Assembly (NCBI GenBank): GCA_000996035.1
Contig: LBYH01000002.1
Location: 8,979-72,978, forward strand
Direction of reading: 5' to 3'
Length of the DNA stretch: 64,000 nucleotides
From: Parcubacteria group bacterium GW2011_GWA2_40_143
GTDB lineage: Bacteria > Patescibacteriota > Minisyncoccia > UBA9983
The notes beneath the pieces are model-generated. The model did no database searches. It had not been told where the DNA came from and saw only the letters and a list, made by a program, of their open reading frames with translations. Made by a program: the position numbers and the translations under genes. How positions within the stretch are numbered: position 1 is the stretch's first letter; each line of letters begins with the position of its first letter. Below, piece after piece: positions 1 through 9,891 of this stretch.

Positions 1-73
1 CCACAATTATTTTCCCCCTTTCTTTATCAGAAGACTTATTTTTTTCTTGATTATTTTTTGGAAAATTTTCCAT
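1..73 (-). CDS. N-terminal fragment of a minus-strand gene running off the window start (MENFPKNNQEKNKSSDKERGKIIV...)
   Basis: ATG at 71-73 (minus) with an open frame to position 1; lies just downstream of the coupling-protein stop. Not in the ORF track because it is partial. Confidence 0.2.
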   Translation of the reverse strand, partial: MENFPKNNQEKNKSSDKERGKIIV

Positions 74-133
74 ACCCATAACATTTATATTATAAGCTTG
101 GCACGATTAAACCGCAACATCACTTGTGTGTAT

Positions 134-2851
134 TCAATACTTTTTTCTTATCTCTTCCTCCACTTCTCTTCTGTCTCTGCCGTATTTAAGCGAAGAAATT
201 TCCGCTACGCCAACGCCGTAAGCCAAGTCTCCTTTCTCAAATGGTGTTGTTTTTACGCTAAACGGCTTTGATATCTGGCCATCTATAAGTATTTTGAGGT
301 AAGCGTTGTAATTATCTATATTCATAATATCATGAGCGCTAAAAGTCGGGCTAAACTGCTTCTCCAAAAATTCGGCATCTTCCGCCCCCACCCTGAAAGC
401 GGCCATTGACCCCACATTGCCAAAAACGGATTTAGAAATACTTTCCTTGAGCTGACTTATAAATTGATGGGCGATTATCAAATTAAGTTTGTACTTTCTG
501 GCTTCAGAGAGAATTGAGGAAATGGAATCAGTGGTAATGTTTTGAAATTCGTCTATATAGAGATAAAAGTCTTTGCGATCTTCTTCCGATATATCTGTGC
601 GCGAAAGAGAAGCCATGAGAATCTTGCCTACCAGAATAAGGCCGAGTAGGCTAGCGTTTAATTCGCCCAACCTGCCTTTGGAGAGATTTACCAAAAGAAT
701 CTTGCCTTCATCCATCACATCTCTTATTTTGAAAGCGGATTTTTCCTGTCCGATTATCGGACGCATAATGTCGTTTGAGAGAAAATTATCAAACTTGGAA
801 GTGATGTACGGCACCATATTGGCTAGAGACGCCTCACCGCCGGCCTTATCGGCCACGTCCCGCCAGAAAGATTTTACTATCGGATTGCTTGCTCTGGAAA
901 GCTTAAATTCTCTAAAATCTTTATCGCTAAGCACTCGGCTTACTTCAAAAAGAGTGTTGCCGGAAGCCGGATCGTCCATTACCAGCAATACCGAATTTCT
1001 GAAATATTGTTCAAACATCGGGCCGCCAGATGTTTTCATATCAAAGAGCTTGTCAAAAATCATTAAAAGTTCGTTTACAATAAAGGTTTTCTGTTCCGGA
1101 AAGCGTGTATCGTACTCAAGCATGTTGAGTCCGAGCGGCCTGTTTACGTTGCCCGGGTCAAAATAGATAACATCGTCAATCCTGTGCTGAGGAATGCGGG
1201 AAAATATATCCTGCAAATCTTGTCCATGCGGATCCATAAAGCATACACCTTTACCGGCTTCTATGTCTTGAATTATCATATTTTTGAGCAGTACGGATTT
1301 ACCGGTGCCGGTTTGACCTATTACATAGAAATGCCTTCGTCTATCTTCGTCTTTTATAAAAACCGGTTTTTCTTCGCCGCGATATATATTTTTGCCAAGC
1401 ATTAAGCCGCTATGAGGCAGATTAAGCGGAGCGGAATGCTCTTTAGCCTTGTTTTGCTTGAGCTGATGAGACACCATGCCGTCTTCCTCAAAAGGCAAAT
1501 GCAAAATACCGGCCAGCTCGGACACATTAAGCTCTATCTCTTCGTCTTTGCTTGGTATCCTGTAAGAAAAATTATGGAAAAATTTTCTTAGTTTACCCCC
1601 TTTTGGTCTTGCAAAGGTTAAAGAATTACCCATCGGCTCGGCAAATTGAGCGAAAGATATTTCCAGCTCTTCCAGCATTTTCCTCGCCCTATCCTCACTC
1701 TCTTTGGCAGACACGGCCAGTCTGAAGTTTACTGGTGAAATTTGCTTTGAAGATTTAAATTCAAGGAGTTTAATGGTTTGCTCGTCTGCCGGATTTTTTT
1801 CTTCCGGCGCGTCTTTGCGTTTTTGCTTGCCTGAACCGAGAATAAGGTCGCTTATTACTCCAATAAAACCGCCGCCATTGCCGACAGCGGCGCTGAATGA
1901 TTCTCCCTTGCGCATCTCATGGATAACCGAACTTACTTTATAGCTTAGGCCACTTTTGCTCGGCATTACCACCATCTGTAAAGCCGCTCCCTCCCCGTCT
2001 TTTTGGAATTTGGTAAAAGCGTTTAAAACAACTCTCATGGGGTCTATGCCAAAATCATTATAATTCTTCAGCGGTAAAACTGGATTCTTTTTAAACTTTG
2101 CCACTGAGCCAAGCGAAAAGCCTTCCGGTTTAAAAATATTATAATCGCCGGATTTTCTGGTAATTTTAAGATTAGGGAAAACGCCTTGCGCCTGCTTTTC
2201 AAAAATATGGCCATTTTCTTCCGCCACCGCGCAATAGAAAGACACCTCGTCTCCCATAAATGGCAGTCCTATTTCCAAAACATAATAAATATTCATGGCC
2301 GACATGCCGGCATAAAACTGCTCCATGGCCGATATGGCTTTTTTAAAGTCATCTTCTCCACTCCTCATTTCCTTAGGCGCTCCGCTCGGCATGGAAATCT
2401 CATACAAAACAAACTCAAGAGATCGTTTAACCTTCTTGTTGCCAACTTTGGCGCCGGCCAATACTCCATGCAAGCTCTCCACTAAAGAATCATGGAAATC
2501 ATCCTCCAAATGAGGATCCAATCTGGCGGCAACCGTTATCGCGTTTAGAACGCCTTTTTCTCTGGCAAGAGACACCAGTTGAGCCACATGACCAAGATGC
2601 GTTTCTTCAGAAACGCCACCCGATCCGCCGAATATTCTTTCCGACTCGGCAGCCACTTCATCGGAGTGCATTTTATATTCTTCAGCCAAAAGATAATCCG
2701 GCTCTTCTTCGGCATAACCTTTTACGACTTCTCTTACCGCTTCATGGGAAGATTCATCGCCTCCGGCTTTAGACAGCTCAAGATCTTTTACTCTTTTTCT
2801 CAAGTACTCAAGCTCGTCTTCACGAGACATTATTTTAGGCTCTTGTTCCAT
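134..2851 (-). CDS. Type IV coupling protein-like ATPase (VirD4/TraG/TraD family) with a large N-terminal cytoplasmic domain
   Basis: 905 aa. The C-terminal half carries Walker A 'HFYVIGQTGTGKS', 'FMDPHGQD' (TraD-like DPxG box), Walker B 'YLYIDEFQN', and 'IIAHQFISQLKE...FGNVGSMAAFRVG' resembling the VirD4/TraG QS..QL motif. No N-terminal TM helices are evident. Confidence 0.55.
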   Translation of the reverse strand: MEQEPKIMSREDELEYLRKRVKDLELSKAGGDESSHEAVREVVKGYAEEEPDYLLAEEYKMHSDEVAAESERIFGGSGGVSEETHLGHVAQLVSLAREKGVLNAITVAARLDPHLEDDFHDSLVESLHGVLAGAKVGNKKVKRSLEFVLYEISMPSGAPKEMRSGEDDFKKAISAMEQFYAGMSAMNIYYVLEIGLPFMGDEVSFYCAVAEENGHIFEKQAQGVFPNLKITRKSGDYNIFKPEGFSLGSVAKFKKNPVLPLKNYNDFGIDPMRVVLNAFTKFQKDGEGAALQMVVMPSKSGLSYKVSSVIHEMRKGESFSAAVGNGGGFIGVISDLILGSGKQKRKDAPEEKNPADEQTIKLLEFKSSKQISPVNFRLAVSAKESEDRARKMLEELEISFAQFAEPMGNSLTFARPKGGKLRKFFHNFSYRIPSKDEEIELNVSELAGILHLPFEEDGMVSHQLKQNKAKEHSAPLNLPHSGLMLGKNIYRGEEKPVFIKDEDRRRHFYVIGQTGTGKSVLLKNMIIQDIEAGKGVCFMDPHGQDLQDIFSRIPQHRIDDVIYFDPGNVNRPLGLNMLEYDTRFPEQKTFIVNELLMIFDKLFDMKTSGGPMFEQYFRNSVLLVMDDPASGNTLFEVSRVLSDKDFREFKLSRASNPIVKSFWRDVADKAGGEASLANMVPYITSKFDNFLSNDIMRPIIGQEKSAFKIRDVMDEGKILLVNLSKGRLGELNASLLGLILVGKILMASLSRTDISEEDRKDFYLYIDEFQNITTDSISSILSEARKYKLNLIIAHQFISQLKESISKSVFGNVGSMAAFRVGAEDAEFLEKQFSPTFSAHDIMNIDNYNAYLKILIDGQISKPFSVKTTPFEKGDLAYGVGVAEISSLKYGRDRREVEEEIRKKY

Positions 2852-2924
2852 TGCTTAAATAATAGCAAATACCTTGCCTTTTTAAAAGCAAGGTATTTTG
2901 TCTGCCAATATAACCGCTTACGGA

Positions 2925-3125
2925 TTAAGCGGAGACGAATGGCAAGATTCCGATTACTCTGGCTCTTTTTATCGCCGTGGCAAGCTTTCTCTGATGCATG
3001 GCGCAAACGCCAGTCTCCTTCTTGGGAGAAATGCGCGCGTGATGCGAGAGAAAACGCTTTAAGACTTCCGTCTTTTTGTAATCTATCGTCTTTATATTAT
3101 TTGTACAAAAATAACACTGTTTCAT
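2925..3125 (-). CDS. rpsR: 30S ribosomal protein S18
   Basis: 66 aa; 'CYFC...IDYK..LKRFLS...ISPKKETGVCAMHQRKLATAIKRARVIGILPF' is the S18 signature. Sits directly downstream of ssb. Confidence 0.9.
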   Translation of the reverse strand: MKQCYFCTNNIKTIDYKKTEVLKRFLSHHARISPKKETGVCAMHQRKLATAIKRARVIGILPFVSA

Positions 3126-3127
3126 AA

Positions 3128-3577
3128 TTAAAATGGTATATCGTCAGGATTTATTTCTTCTTCCGGATATTCTATGGTTTCAAGTTCCTCAGCCTTCTGC
3201 GGTGTTCCGCCGGAAGCGGCGCCGCCGCCTTGAACGGAATCGCCACCCTGCTTCCTTGGACCAAACTGCACGCGTTCAGCCACAATCTCGGTACGGCTTT
3301 TCTTGGAGCCGTCTTGAGCGTTCCAGTTTCTGGTTTGTATCCTGCCTTCCACCAATACGGAATTGCCCTTTTTAAGATATTGGACTACTGAGTCGGCCTG
3401 CTTGCCAAACACCACCACGTTATGGAATTGGACTTCCTCTTTTTTCTGGCCTTGCTGGTCCCGCCAAACCCTATTGGTGGCTACGCTAAAAGATGCCACC
3501 GAAGCTCCGGACGGCAGAGATCTTGATTCCGGATCTCTGGTAAGATTGCCTATTATAAATGCTTTGTTTAAGTTCAT
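3128..3577 (-). CDS. ssb: Single-stranded DNA-binding protein
   Basis: 149 aa; OB fold 'FIIGNLTRDPE...VASFSVATN', Gly-rich linker, acidic C-terminal tail ending 'DDIPF'. Confidence 0.9.
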   Translation of the reverse strand: MNLNKAFIIGNLTRDPESRSLPSGASVASFSVATNRVWRDQQGQKKEEVQFHNVVVFGKQADSVVQYLKKGNSVLVEGRIQTRNWNAQDGSKKSRTEIVAERVQFGPRKQGGDSVQGGGAASGGTPQKAEELETIEYPEEEINPDDIPF

Positions 3578-3584
3578 GTTAATT

Positions 3585-4034
3585 TTATTTATTTAACATT
3601 TCTTCTAATTTTTCATCTATTTGCTCAGGTTTGATGTCCTCTTTTTCTTCTTTAACCGTCTGAGTTGAGCGCTTGGAAGATGACTGGGCTGACTGAGGAG
3701 TTTTGTCGTTAGTAACATCAGTAATCATGTGCCTTATGATTTTATCATTCAAATCAATAGCCTTTTTTATGCTTTCCACTGAAGACGGGTTTACGTAAAA
3801 CTTCATCCAACAGAAATAAGCGCTATCAAAATCGCTTGACTTGGAGCCGCTTTTGAGCTTCATGGGATACGAAAGCTTTTGCATTTTTGCCGGCTCTTCG
3901 CCCATGATAAAACCGCCATTTTTCTCAATAATTTCTCTCAAAACAGCAACATCCTCGCCGACTTTGTCTTCGGGAGTGAGAGGGTTGATAAGAAAACTTA
4001 TCTCGTATATTTTCTGATCCGGATTTATTGCCAT
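3585..4034 (-). CDS. rpsF: 30S ribosomal protein S6 (start assumed at internal Met 'MAINPDQKIYEISFLINP')
   Basis: S6-like N-terminus 'YEISFLINP' in the classical rpsF-ssb-rpsR arrangement. The track ORF (3585..4100) extends 22 aa further upstream; the internal start is inferred. Confidence 0.75.
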   Translation of the reverse strand: MAINPDQKIYEISFLINPLTPEDKVGEDVAVLREIIEKNGGFIMGEEPAKMQKLSYPMKLKSGSKSSDFDSAYFCWMKFYVNPSSVESIKKAIDLNDKIIRHMITDVTNDKTPQSAQSSSKRSTQTVKEEKEDIKPEQIDEKLEEMLNK

Positions 4035-4078
4035 TGATGGTATCCTATCATAAAAATCTCTAAATGCAAGCTTTTTGG

Positions 4079-5311
4079 TTATTTTAAAATTAGCGACCAA
4101 AGGATGCCGGTGGCCTTATCCACAAATATCAGATATTCACCGTTTTCGCTCAAAGACAGGTTTATGGCGTCAAACCCCAAATCTTTATACAAAAGCGCGG
4201 TGGATCCATCCGTAAAATCCTTCTTCCAAAGCGAATCATTGAAAGACACTTCTCCGCTGTACCACTCATCCGGATAATCGGCTTTGGGCAGAGATTTTGG
4301 CGCGGCGCAATAAATGGTTTTTGAGCTTGCGCCCCAAACGCATTTCTCCGGCAAGGTGTTAAAATCAAATTCAGGAGAAGAGTTGCTCGCGGTATCAAGT
4401 ATTCTCGTATTAAAATTACCGCTGCGGCTGTCACTCGCGCTGTATATAATCTTTGAAGCGTCGGGAGAAACTCTGGCCGTAAGGCCTTTTATTCCGCCCA
4501 AAATTCTTTCAAATTTTTCCGTTCTCTGGTTTAGAAAATAGAGATACCCGTCAGCCATGGCCGCCGGCTTGGTGATAAGAGTGATAATATCTCTGCTTGG
4601 CCATTCGGCGTTAAATTCGCCAAAGTTTAGACTAAAAATACTATTTTTATTTTCATTTTTAAAATTAGCCACGATTCCCTGATGTTCACCATCGGCAAGG
4701 ATAAGATAAAACACTTTATCCTCCACCGGCGACACGGCAGCCGCCTTGATGCCGGACGGCAAGAAAACTCCGCCAAGCTCTTTCGGCTCCCCAGATAAGC
4801 CGCTCAGATCGGCCAAAAAGTTTTTTACACTCCGTTCCGCCGCGGCGCCGGCTTCCTCAAAATATTTTATAAGAACTTTATTTGCTTTACTTGTCCAAAA
4901 CGTTTCAAAGCTTTTAAGTATAGTAGTATTGGTAAGGCGTTTTCTATTTTTGCCGGAATAGCCTACTTCGTAAACATTACCGGTGCTTCTTTCCATATAT
5001 CTTAAGGTGGTGCTGGAAACAGGCGCCGCCCCGCTTACTAAATCCTCCGTAAGCTGTATGAGCTGGCCTTTTTTAACAGGCGTATCTTGTCCGTCTTGAT
5101 CCACAAATCTGCCGGAACCGGTGCCGCCGCCGGGCTTAACGCTTGTTCTATCTTCTCCGCCGGAAGGAAATGGAGTGATACCGCCTTCGCTGCCACCAAC
5201 ATCAATCGGTGTCTTAAAAGTGTTTTGCCTTAGGAAAACAAAGAAGCCAAACCCCGCGAGAGCGAAGATTATTGCCGTTATTAAGATTATAAAAATTTCT
5301 TTTTTAGACAT
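4079..5311 (-). CDS. Secreted/membrane-anchored hypothetical protein, beta-propeller-like
   Basis: 410 aa; N-terminal TM/signal 'IFIILITAIIFALAGFGFFVFL'; the C-terminal half has a TolB/WD40-like repeat character. Part of the T4SS-like cluster. Confidence 0.4.
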   Translation of the reverse strand: MSKKEIFIILITAIIFALAGFGFFVFLRQNTFKTPIDVGGSEGGITPFPSGGEDRTSVKPGGGTGSGRFVDQDGQDTPVKKGQLIQLTEDLVSGAAPVSSTTLRYMERSTGNVYEVGYSGKNRKRLTNTTILKSFETFWTSKANKVLIKYFEEAGAAAERSVKNFLADLSGLSGEPKELGGVFLPSGIKAAAVSPVEDKVFYLILADGEHQGIVANFKNENKNSIFSLNFGEFNAEWPSRDIITLITKPAAMADGYLYFLNQRTEKFERILGGIKGLTARVSPDASKIIYSASDSRSGNFNTRILDTASNSSPEFDFNTLPEKCVWGASSKTIYCAAPKSLPKADYPDEWYSGEVSFNDSLWKKDFTDGSTALLYKDLGFDAINLSLSENGEYLIFVDKATGILWSLILK

Positions 5312-5339
5312 GGTTTAATCAAAATTAACTTGCCAAAAA

Positions 5340-5966
5340 TTAACTTCCATCCCAACCTTCAAGCTCTCCGGCCGGACTTTCATCATATGTATTATAACTT
5401 CCATCCTCATTTAGAATCTTTCCAGCTGAACCTTCATCGCGATCAATAATAACTTCATTTTTACCATCACCGCTATCGCTTCCACTAGTACTGCTACTAT
5501 CACCAGTACCGCTGCTGCTGGTGCTACTACTGTCGCTGCTATCACTACTACTCGTAACTTCATAATTTTCAAGAGTGTCAATGAATTTAAAGCTTACCAA
5601 TTGAGGGTTTATGGTATAAAGAAGAAGAAACGACGCAAAAGCCAAAAGCAACCCCCAAAGCGCGTTATTGATACGTTCTTTTGCTTTGGTCATTTGACTC
5701 TCGTTGCCACCGCTTGCCATATAGATAATACCGCCAACGGTTATCATCAGCACTGCCAAAAAACCTGCCATAGCCAAAGCAAATTTAAAAATCCAGCCCA
5801 AATATTCTGACAATGTTACATCGTCGCCATCACCGGCGGAAGGGAGTGACTCAAGCAGTGTATATTTCGGTTGAGAAGGCCCAACAAAATCATCATCCGC
5901 GGCCATGGCAAAAAACGGCATTAAACATAAACTTATTAAAATTGTGATAAATATTTTTTTAAACAT
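5340..5966 (-). CDS. Candidate VirB2/TrbC-like pilin with a Ser/Asp-rich C-terminal tail
   Basis: 208 aa; signal peptide 'MFKKIFITILISLCLMPFFAMAAD', then two hydrophobic helices separated by a short polar loop ('WIFKFALAMAGFLAVLMITVGGIIY...NNALWGLLLAFASFLLLY'), then a poly-Ser/Asp tail. Topology matches conjugative pilins. Confidence 0.35.
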   Translation of the reverse strand: MFKKIFITILISLCLMPFFAMAADDDFVGPSQPKYTLLESLPSAGDGDDVTLSEYLGWIFKFALAMAGFLAVLMITVGGIIYMASGGNESQMTKAKERINNALWGLLLAFASFLLLYTINPQLVSFKFIDTLENYEVTSSSDSSDSSSTSSSGTGDSSSTSGSDSGDGKNEVIIDRDEGSAGKILNEDGSYNTYDESPAGELEGWDGS

Positions 5967-6965
5967 TTAAAAATTGATTCTCAGAGAGCTGTTAGCGCTT
6001 TGAGAAATACTCCCGATATCGCCAGATATCAACGCTTTAACATCGGCAAGGCCGGAATCGTCAGCCGCCTTAAAATTAATAATATTACTATTTTCATTCT
6101 GTTGATTTATCTTTTTCCCATTTACCATCCATTTGTAAGTTAAGGCGGGCGGGCTTGATTTAATAAAGTTAAACGCCTCCGCGATCATGGACATATCCCT
6201 TGATGACATATTAAACGTTCTACCCAAAGCTTTTCCAAACAAAATGCCTTTCGTCGGACTATTTTCATAAATAACGGCTTTTGGCTTTACGCCTTGAGAG
6301 GATATTTCTATTGTTTTTTTGTATTTAACGCTTCTGTTTTTATTAGAAACTTCCACGCCAATACTGTATTCTCCATCATCATTCAAACGCACAATAATGC
6401 CTCGCTCGTTAAAGCCGGAAGCTTTTGGAATTTTTTTGTTGTTAACATACCAATCGTAAATAAGCGATGATGGCGACAGTTCAACCCCGCCGGAAAAGAC
6501 ATGAGGAATCGCGTAGAATCTGACGTATGATTTCTTTGCCGGCAAAGCTCTACCTTTATACCAATCCGGCGCGTCCGTGCCGGCTTCCCACAAAAGATCA
6601 ATATCGTCGCCGGAAAAATTCACGGTTTTTGAGACCTCCATTCCCTTGTCTGTAACAATACTCACAACCAAAGAATTGTTTGAGCCGAAATTTGGCGTTA
6701 CAAAATTTATTTTTCTTTTTCCAATGCCATCAGCCACTTTCTTGCCTCCCAGCACCCATGTGATAACGCTTCGGTCCACATCAAACTGATAACTCACAAC
6801 CTCGGCCAAAACTTGAGTCCCCGGCGCCGGATTATTCGGCGTAATTTCAATACTAAAGTCAGAATTAAAAGCATCCGTCTCTATGGCGTAAACTTGAGGA
6901 CTGAAAAGTGACACTAAAATCATCATTGCCAAGAAAATAATCTTATATGAAAAATCTTTCATCAT
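5967..6965 (-). CDS. Secreted hypothetical protein (T4SS-cluster component)
   Basis: 332 aa; cleavable signal peptide 'IIFLAMMILVSLFSPQVYA'; tightly packed between the pilin-like gene and the VirB4 operon. Confidence 0.4.
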   Translation of the reverse strand: MMKDFSYKIIFLAMMILVSLFSPQVYAIETDAFNSDFSIEITPNNPAPGTQVLAEVVSYQFDVDRSVITWVLGGKKVADGIGKRKINFVTPNFGSNNSLVVSIVTDKGMEVSKTVNFSGDDIDLLWEAGTDAPDWYKGRALPAKKSYVRFYAIPHVFSGGVELSPSSLIYDWYVNNKKIPKASGFNERGIIVRLNDDGEYSIGVEVSNKNRSVKYKKTIEISSQGVKPKAVIYENSPTKGILFGKALGRTFNMSSRDMSMIAEAFNFIKSSPPALTYKWMVNGKKINQQNENSNIINFKAADDSGLADVKALISGDIGSISQSANSSLRINF

Positions 6966-6980
6966 TATAAATATATTTTA

Positions 6981-7379
6981 TCATCCAATTTCTTTTATTA
7001 CTATCCTTGCCACGGTGGCGGCAAGATTAATCGGCAAAACCCCCACGAAAAAATCAAAAACGCTGCCAACACCAAGTACCATGAAACTGGCGGTTAATTT
7101 CTTCGGCCCGAAATACAAAAACAACACCAAGCCGAAACACAAGTTAATAACCACGCTTAAATAAGGGATAATGGCAAACAAATCAAAAACAGCCGCCATC
7201 GCGAGCACCGGCCAATACTTGGCAAACCTCGCGCCAAGAGACAATATCGCTTTTGGATTCTTGGCCACAACCGCCGAAGTTACATCTTTAGCCAGCTTGG
7301 CGGCGTTTCTCGCCTGATTGAGCCGACTCGCCTTGCTTTCTTCTTCCGGCGAAATTCCGTTGTTAAAATTATTTTCCAT
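6981..7379 (-). CDS. Small polytopic membrane protein (T4SS-cluster component)
   Basis: 132 aa; at least three hydrophobic segments after a charged N-terminus. Immediately downstream of VirB4. Confidence 0.4.
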   Translation of the reverse strand: MENNFNNGISPEEESKASRLNQARNAAKLAKDVTSAVVAKNPKAILSLGARFAKYWPVLAMAAVFDLFAIIPYLSVVINLCFGLVLFLYFGPKKLTASFMVLGVGSVFDFFVGVLPINLAATVARIVIKEIG

Positions 7380-7389
7380 ATTTTAAAAA

Positions 7390-9210
7390 TCAACCCTGCG
7401 CCATTTTAAATTCCTCCTTGGCCTTTTTTATAGCCAAAAGCTGAGCCGGATCGGAAGTAATAATCTGATCTTCAGTATAAGAAGCCAGTATCTTAATGGC
7501 CACGTGTTTTAAACCGGCAAAGAAGATTCCCTCGCCCACGTCAGACTCAAGCAAGAGGAACTTTTCTTCATCGGTAAGATTAAACGTTTTTTGCACGAGA
7601 TCTATGGTGGCCGGCGATTGCTTGAGAAGAATCTGAATGGAAGAGTTGGTGATAATCGGCACGCCATAAGGAGAATTAAGAAAGTCGCCCACGTCTTGAG
7701 TGATAGTGGCCAAACCAAGATAATATTTTCTGCCTCTTTTGGCCAAACCAAGAAGGAAGGAAGCCGTATCCTCGCTCTTCATCATCCACCACGCCTCATC
7801 TATCACCAACAACCTTTTTTTAATTTCTTTTCTTACTGAATTCCATATAAAATGAGTTACCAAATACATAGCGATTGGTCGCAATTCCGTTTCCATATCT
7901 CTGATGGAAAATACCACCAGTTTTTTATTTATATCCACGTTAGTGGGCTGATTGATAAAACCGGCCCACGTGCCTCTGATATATTTTGCCATTTTTTGCG
8001 TAAGAGACTCGGCGCCTTGCATGCCGGCAAGCACCAGCTCAAGATCAGTAAGCGTGGGCGCGGATATTTTAGAAAAATCGCTGTCCGGCGTAATGTCTTT
8101 AGCGGCGTAAGTTTCCGTAATGGCTCTGTCTATAATGGAATCTTCTTCCGGCGTAAGACCACCAAGCATGAGCCTAAAAAGACCCACCAAAGAAATAATA
8201 TTTGAGCGCAGCACATCGTCCGGCGACTCGTCTTCTCTTACCGGCGGCAGGTCAAATGGATTTATATGATGGTTGGATGTAAGAGAGATATTAAAATATC
8301 TGCCACCCACGGCTTCAGCCAAATACTCGTATTCTCTTTCCGGGTCTATTATCAAAACCTCCGTATCAAACATAAGCGACCGCAGAATCTCCAGCTTCAT
8401 GGCGTAAGATTTGCCGCTGCCGGCTTTGGCAAAAACCACGGAATTGTAATTTTCAAGAGAAAATCTGTCAAAAAGCACGAGACTGTTATTGTGCCTGTTT
8501 ATGCCATAGAGGATGCCTTTATCGGAAGATAGATCAAAAGAAACAAACGGGAAAAGACTTGAGACCGGCGAAGAATTGAGTTGCGTGCCAATATCCAACT
8601 TGTCGGTGCCGAGCGGAAAAACGGTTTCAATGCCCTCCTGTTGTTGGAAGAGGCTTGGTTTAAGGTAAACAAGTTTGGACTCAAGAATAGATTTGATTTC
8701 TCTCTCGGTTTGATTAAGTTCGTCCACATTGTCAGCATATATCGTAATATACAACCCCACGTTAAACAGCTTTTCTTGAGCCTGTTGAAGTTTATCTCTT
8801 AAATCTTCAAGATCCTGATGAGCGGTATCAAGCATAGGATCGCGCACAAAACCTTTTTCTTCTCTTATGCTTATTTGCGATTGCACCTCAGCCACCTTCC
8901 TCTGGAGCTGTCTGAGCACTGTGGCCGTATCTACAGGATGCACGAAAATGGAAATGTCAAAAACCTTATCCAAATTTATAATCGGCGCGAACCAGTTCAT
9001 AGACAAGTATCTGGGATAAGACATCGCGAAAAGAACTCTGGCCACTTTCTCGCCAAGCTTAATATGATTTGAGTTTATTTGAAGCGCTGAAGGAGCGATA
9101 ATATCTTGCAACCGCAAAATACCGGCATTATATATCTCATGCGGAATAACCGGCGTTACTTCGTTTTGCCCACTGATGCTGTCTCTTTTTTTAAATAATC
9201 CTTCTAACAT
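7390..9210 (-). CDS. VirB4/TrbE/CagE-family conjugal transfer ATPase, C-terminal 606-aa portion
   Basis: Walker A 'VVFAKAGSGKSYAMKLE', 'LIIDPEREY', Walker B 'LLVIDEAWWMM', 'ITQDVGD'. In the same frame as the upstream 213-aa ORF, separated from it only by a TAA. Confidence 0.8.
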   Translation of the reverse strand: MLEGLFKKRDSISGQNEVTPVIPHEIYNAGILRLQDIIAPSALQINSNHIKLGEKVARVLFAMSYPRYLSMNWFAPIINLDKVFDISIFVHPVDTATVLRQLQRKVAEVQSQISIREEKGFVRDPMLDTAHQDLEDLRDKLQQAQEKLFNVGLYITIYADNVDELNQTEREIKSILESKLVYLKPSLFQQQEGIETVFPLGTDKLDIGTQLNSSPVSSLFPFVSFDLSSDKGILYGINRHNNSLVLFDRFSLENYNSVVFAKAGSGKSYAMKLEILRSLMFDTEVLIIDPEREYEYLAEAVGGRYFNISLTSNHHINPFDLPPVREDESPDDVLRSNIISLVGLFRLMLGGLTPEEDSIIDRAITETYAAKDITPDSDFSKISAPTLTDLELVLAGMQGAESLTQKMAKYIRGTWAGFINQPTNVDINKKLVVFSIRDMETELRPIAMYLVTHFIWNSVRKEIKKRLLVIDEAWWMMKSEDTASFLLGLAKRGRKYYLGLATITQDVGDFLNSPYGVPIITNSSIQILLKQSPATIDLVQKTFNLTDEEKFLLLESDVGEGIFFAGLKHVAIKILASYTEDQIITSDPAQLLAIKKAKEEFKMAQG

Positions 9211-9225
9211 GGTAACTTGATGAAC

Positions 9226-9867
9226 TTATCTATTCGCCACTCCTTTGCCACTTTCCCCCGGATTATACAGCTCGTAGAAAAGCTCTATAAGCTCTTCCGT
9301 ATTAAGTGGAGCCACTCTTATACCGGCGCGCGCCAGACCTTGTTGCACCACATCCGATCTCTGCTGAAGCTGGATTTTATACTGCTCAAACTTCTCGCCC
9401 ATGGAACCGCTTTTACCGTCACCGGCAATGCCTCCAAACAATTTGCCAAAGCTTCCCTTTTTGACTTCTATGGATACGTTGGTGTATGGCACGGTAATAT
9501 AGAAGGTCTTAGACATCACATTGGTAACTTGCACAAAATTTTTTACGAATTCAGCGTACTCTTTGGTCTGAATCCGCAAAAGCTCATTATCATGACTTTT
9601 TTCCGCTTCGCTTAAAATAGCCAAGTAGGGACCTATATCCAATTTTCTGGATTGAATAAAAAATTGCACCGGAAAATCAAGGGAGTTTAAAAAGTTTTGA
9701 TACTGAAGCACGATGGCGCTCTGTTCTTCTTCAGATTTAAGGGCGAAGTTCAAAGTGGAAGCCATAAGAATCATTCTTAAAGAATTATCTTTAAGAATGA
9801 TTACGCCGTCTCTTATTTCCTTTATCGGCACGAACTCTTGCGTTGATTTTGATGATACCGGTGACAT
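9226..9867 (-). CDS. VirB4 N-terminal domain fragment (Gram-positive TcpF/PrgJ/Orf16-type N-terminus)
   Basis: 213 aa; 'FVPIKEIRDGVIILKDNSLRMILMASTLNFALKSEEEQSAIVLQYQNFLNSLDFPVQFFIQSRKLDI' matches the conserved N-terminal region of Firmicutes-type VirB4. Ends in TAA at 9226-9228, in frame with the next ORF. Confidence 0.65.
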   Translation of the reverse strand: MSPVSSKSTQEFVPIKEIRDGVIILKDNSLRMILMASTLNFALKSEEEQSAIVLQYQNFLNSLDFPVQFFIQSRKLDIGPYLAILSEAEKSHDNELLRIQTKEYAEFVKNFVQVTNVMSKTFYITVPYTNVSIEVKKGSFGKLFGGIAGDGKSGSMGEKFEQYKIQLQQRSDVVQQGLARAGIRVAPLNTEELIELFYELYNPGESGKGVANR

Positions 9868-9891
9868 TTTTTTATTTTACCATACTTTCAA

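Noticed and set aside
573-2513. Plus-strand ORFs 573..1166, 1184..1405, 1704..1943, 2186..2485, 2325..2513 lying inside the minus-strand coupling-protein gene
   Set aside because: They fall entirely within a 905-aa ORF that has strong ATPase motifs on the opposite strand, and have low-complexity, Ser/Leu-rich antisense-type composition with no motifs. Similar antisense ORFs across the window (e.g. 10359..10925, 14151..14595, 38243..38836, 39610..40158, 55564..56022) were rejected on the same grounds.
5466-5560. Ser/Thr/Asp-rich stretch of the pilin-like protein as an independent repeat element
   Set aside because: It is low-complexity coding sequence (SSDSSDSSSTSSSGTGDSSSTSGSDSGDG) within a single ORF, not a DNA-level tandem repeat with defined units.
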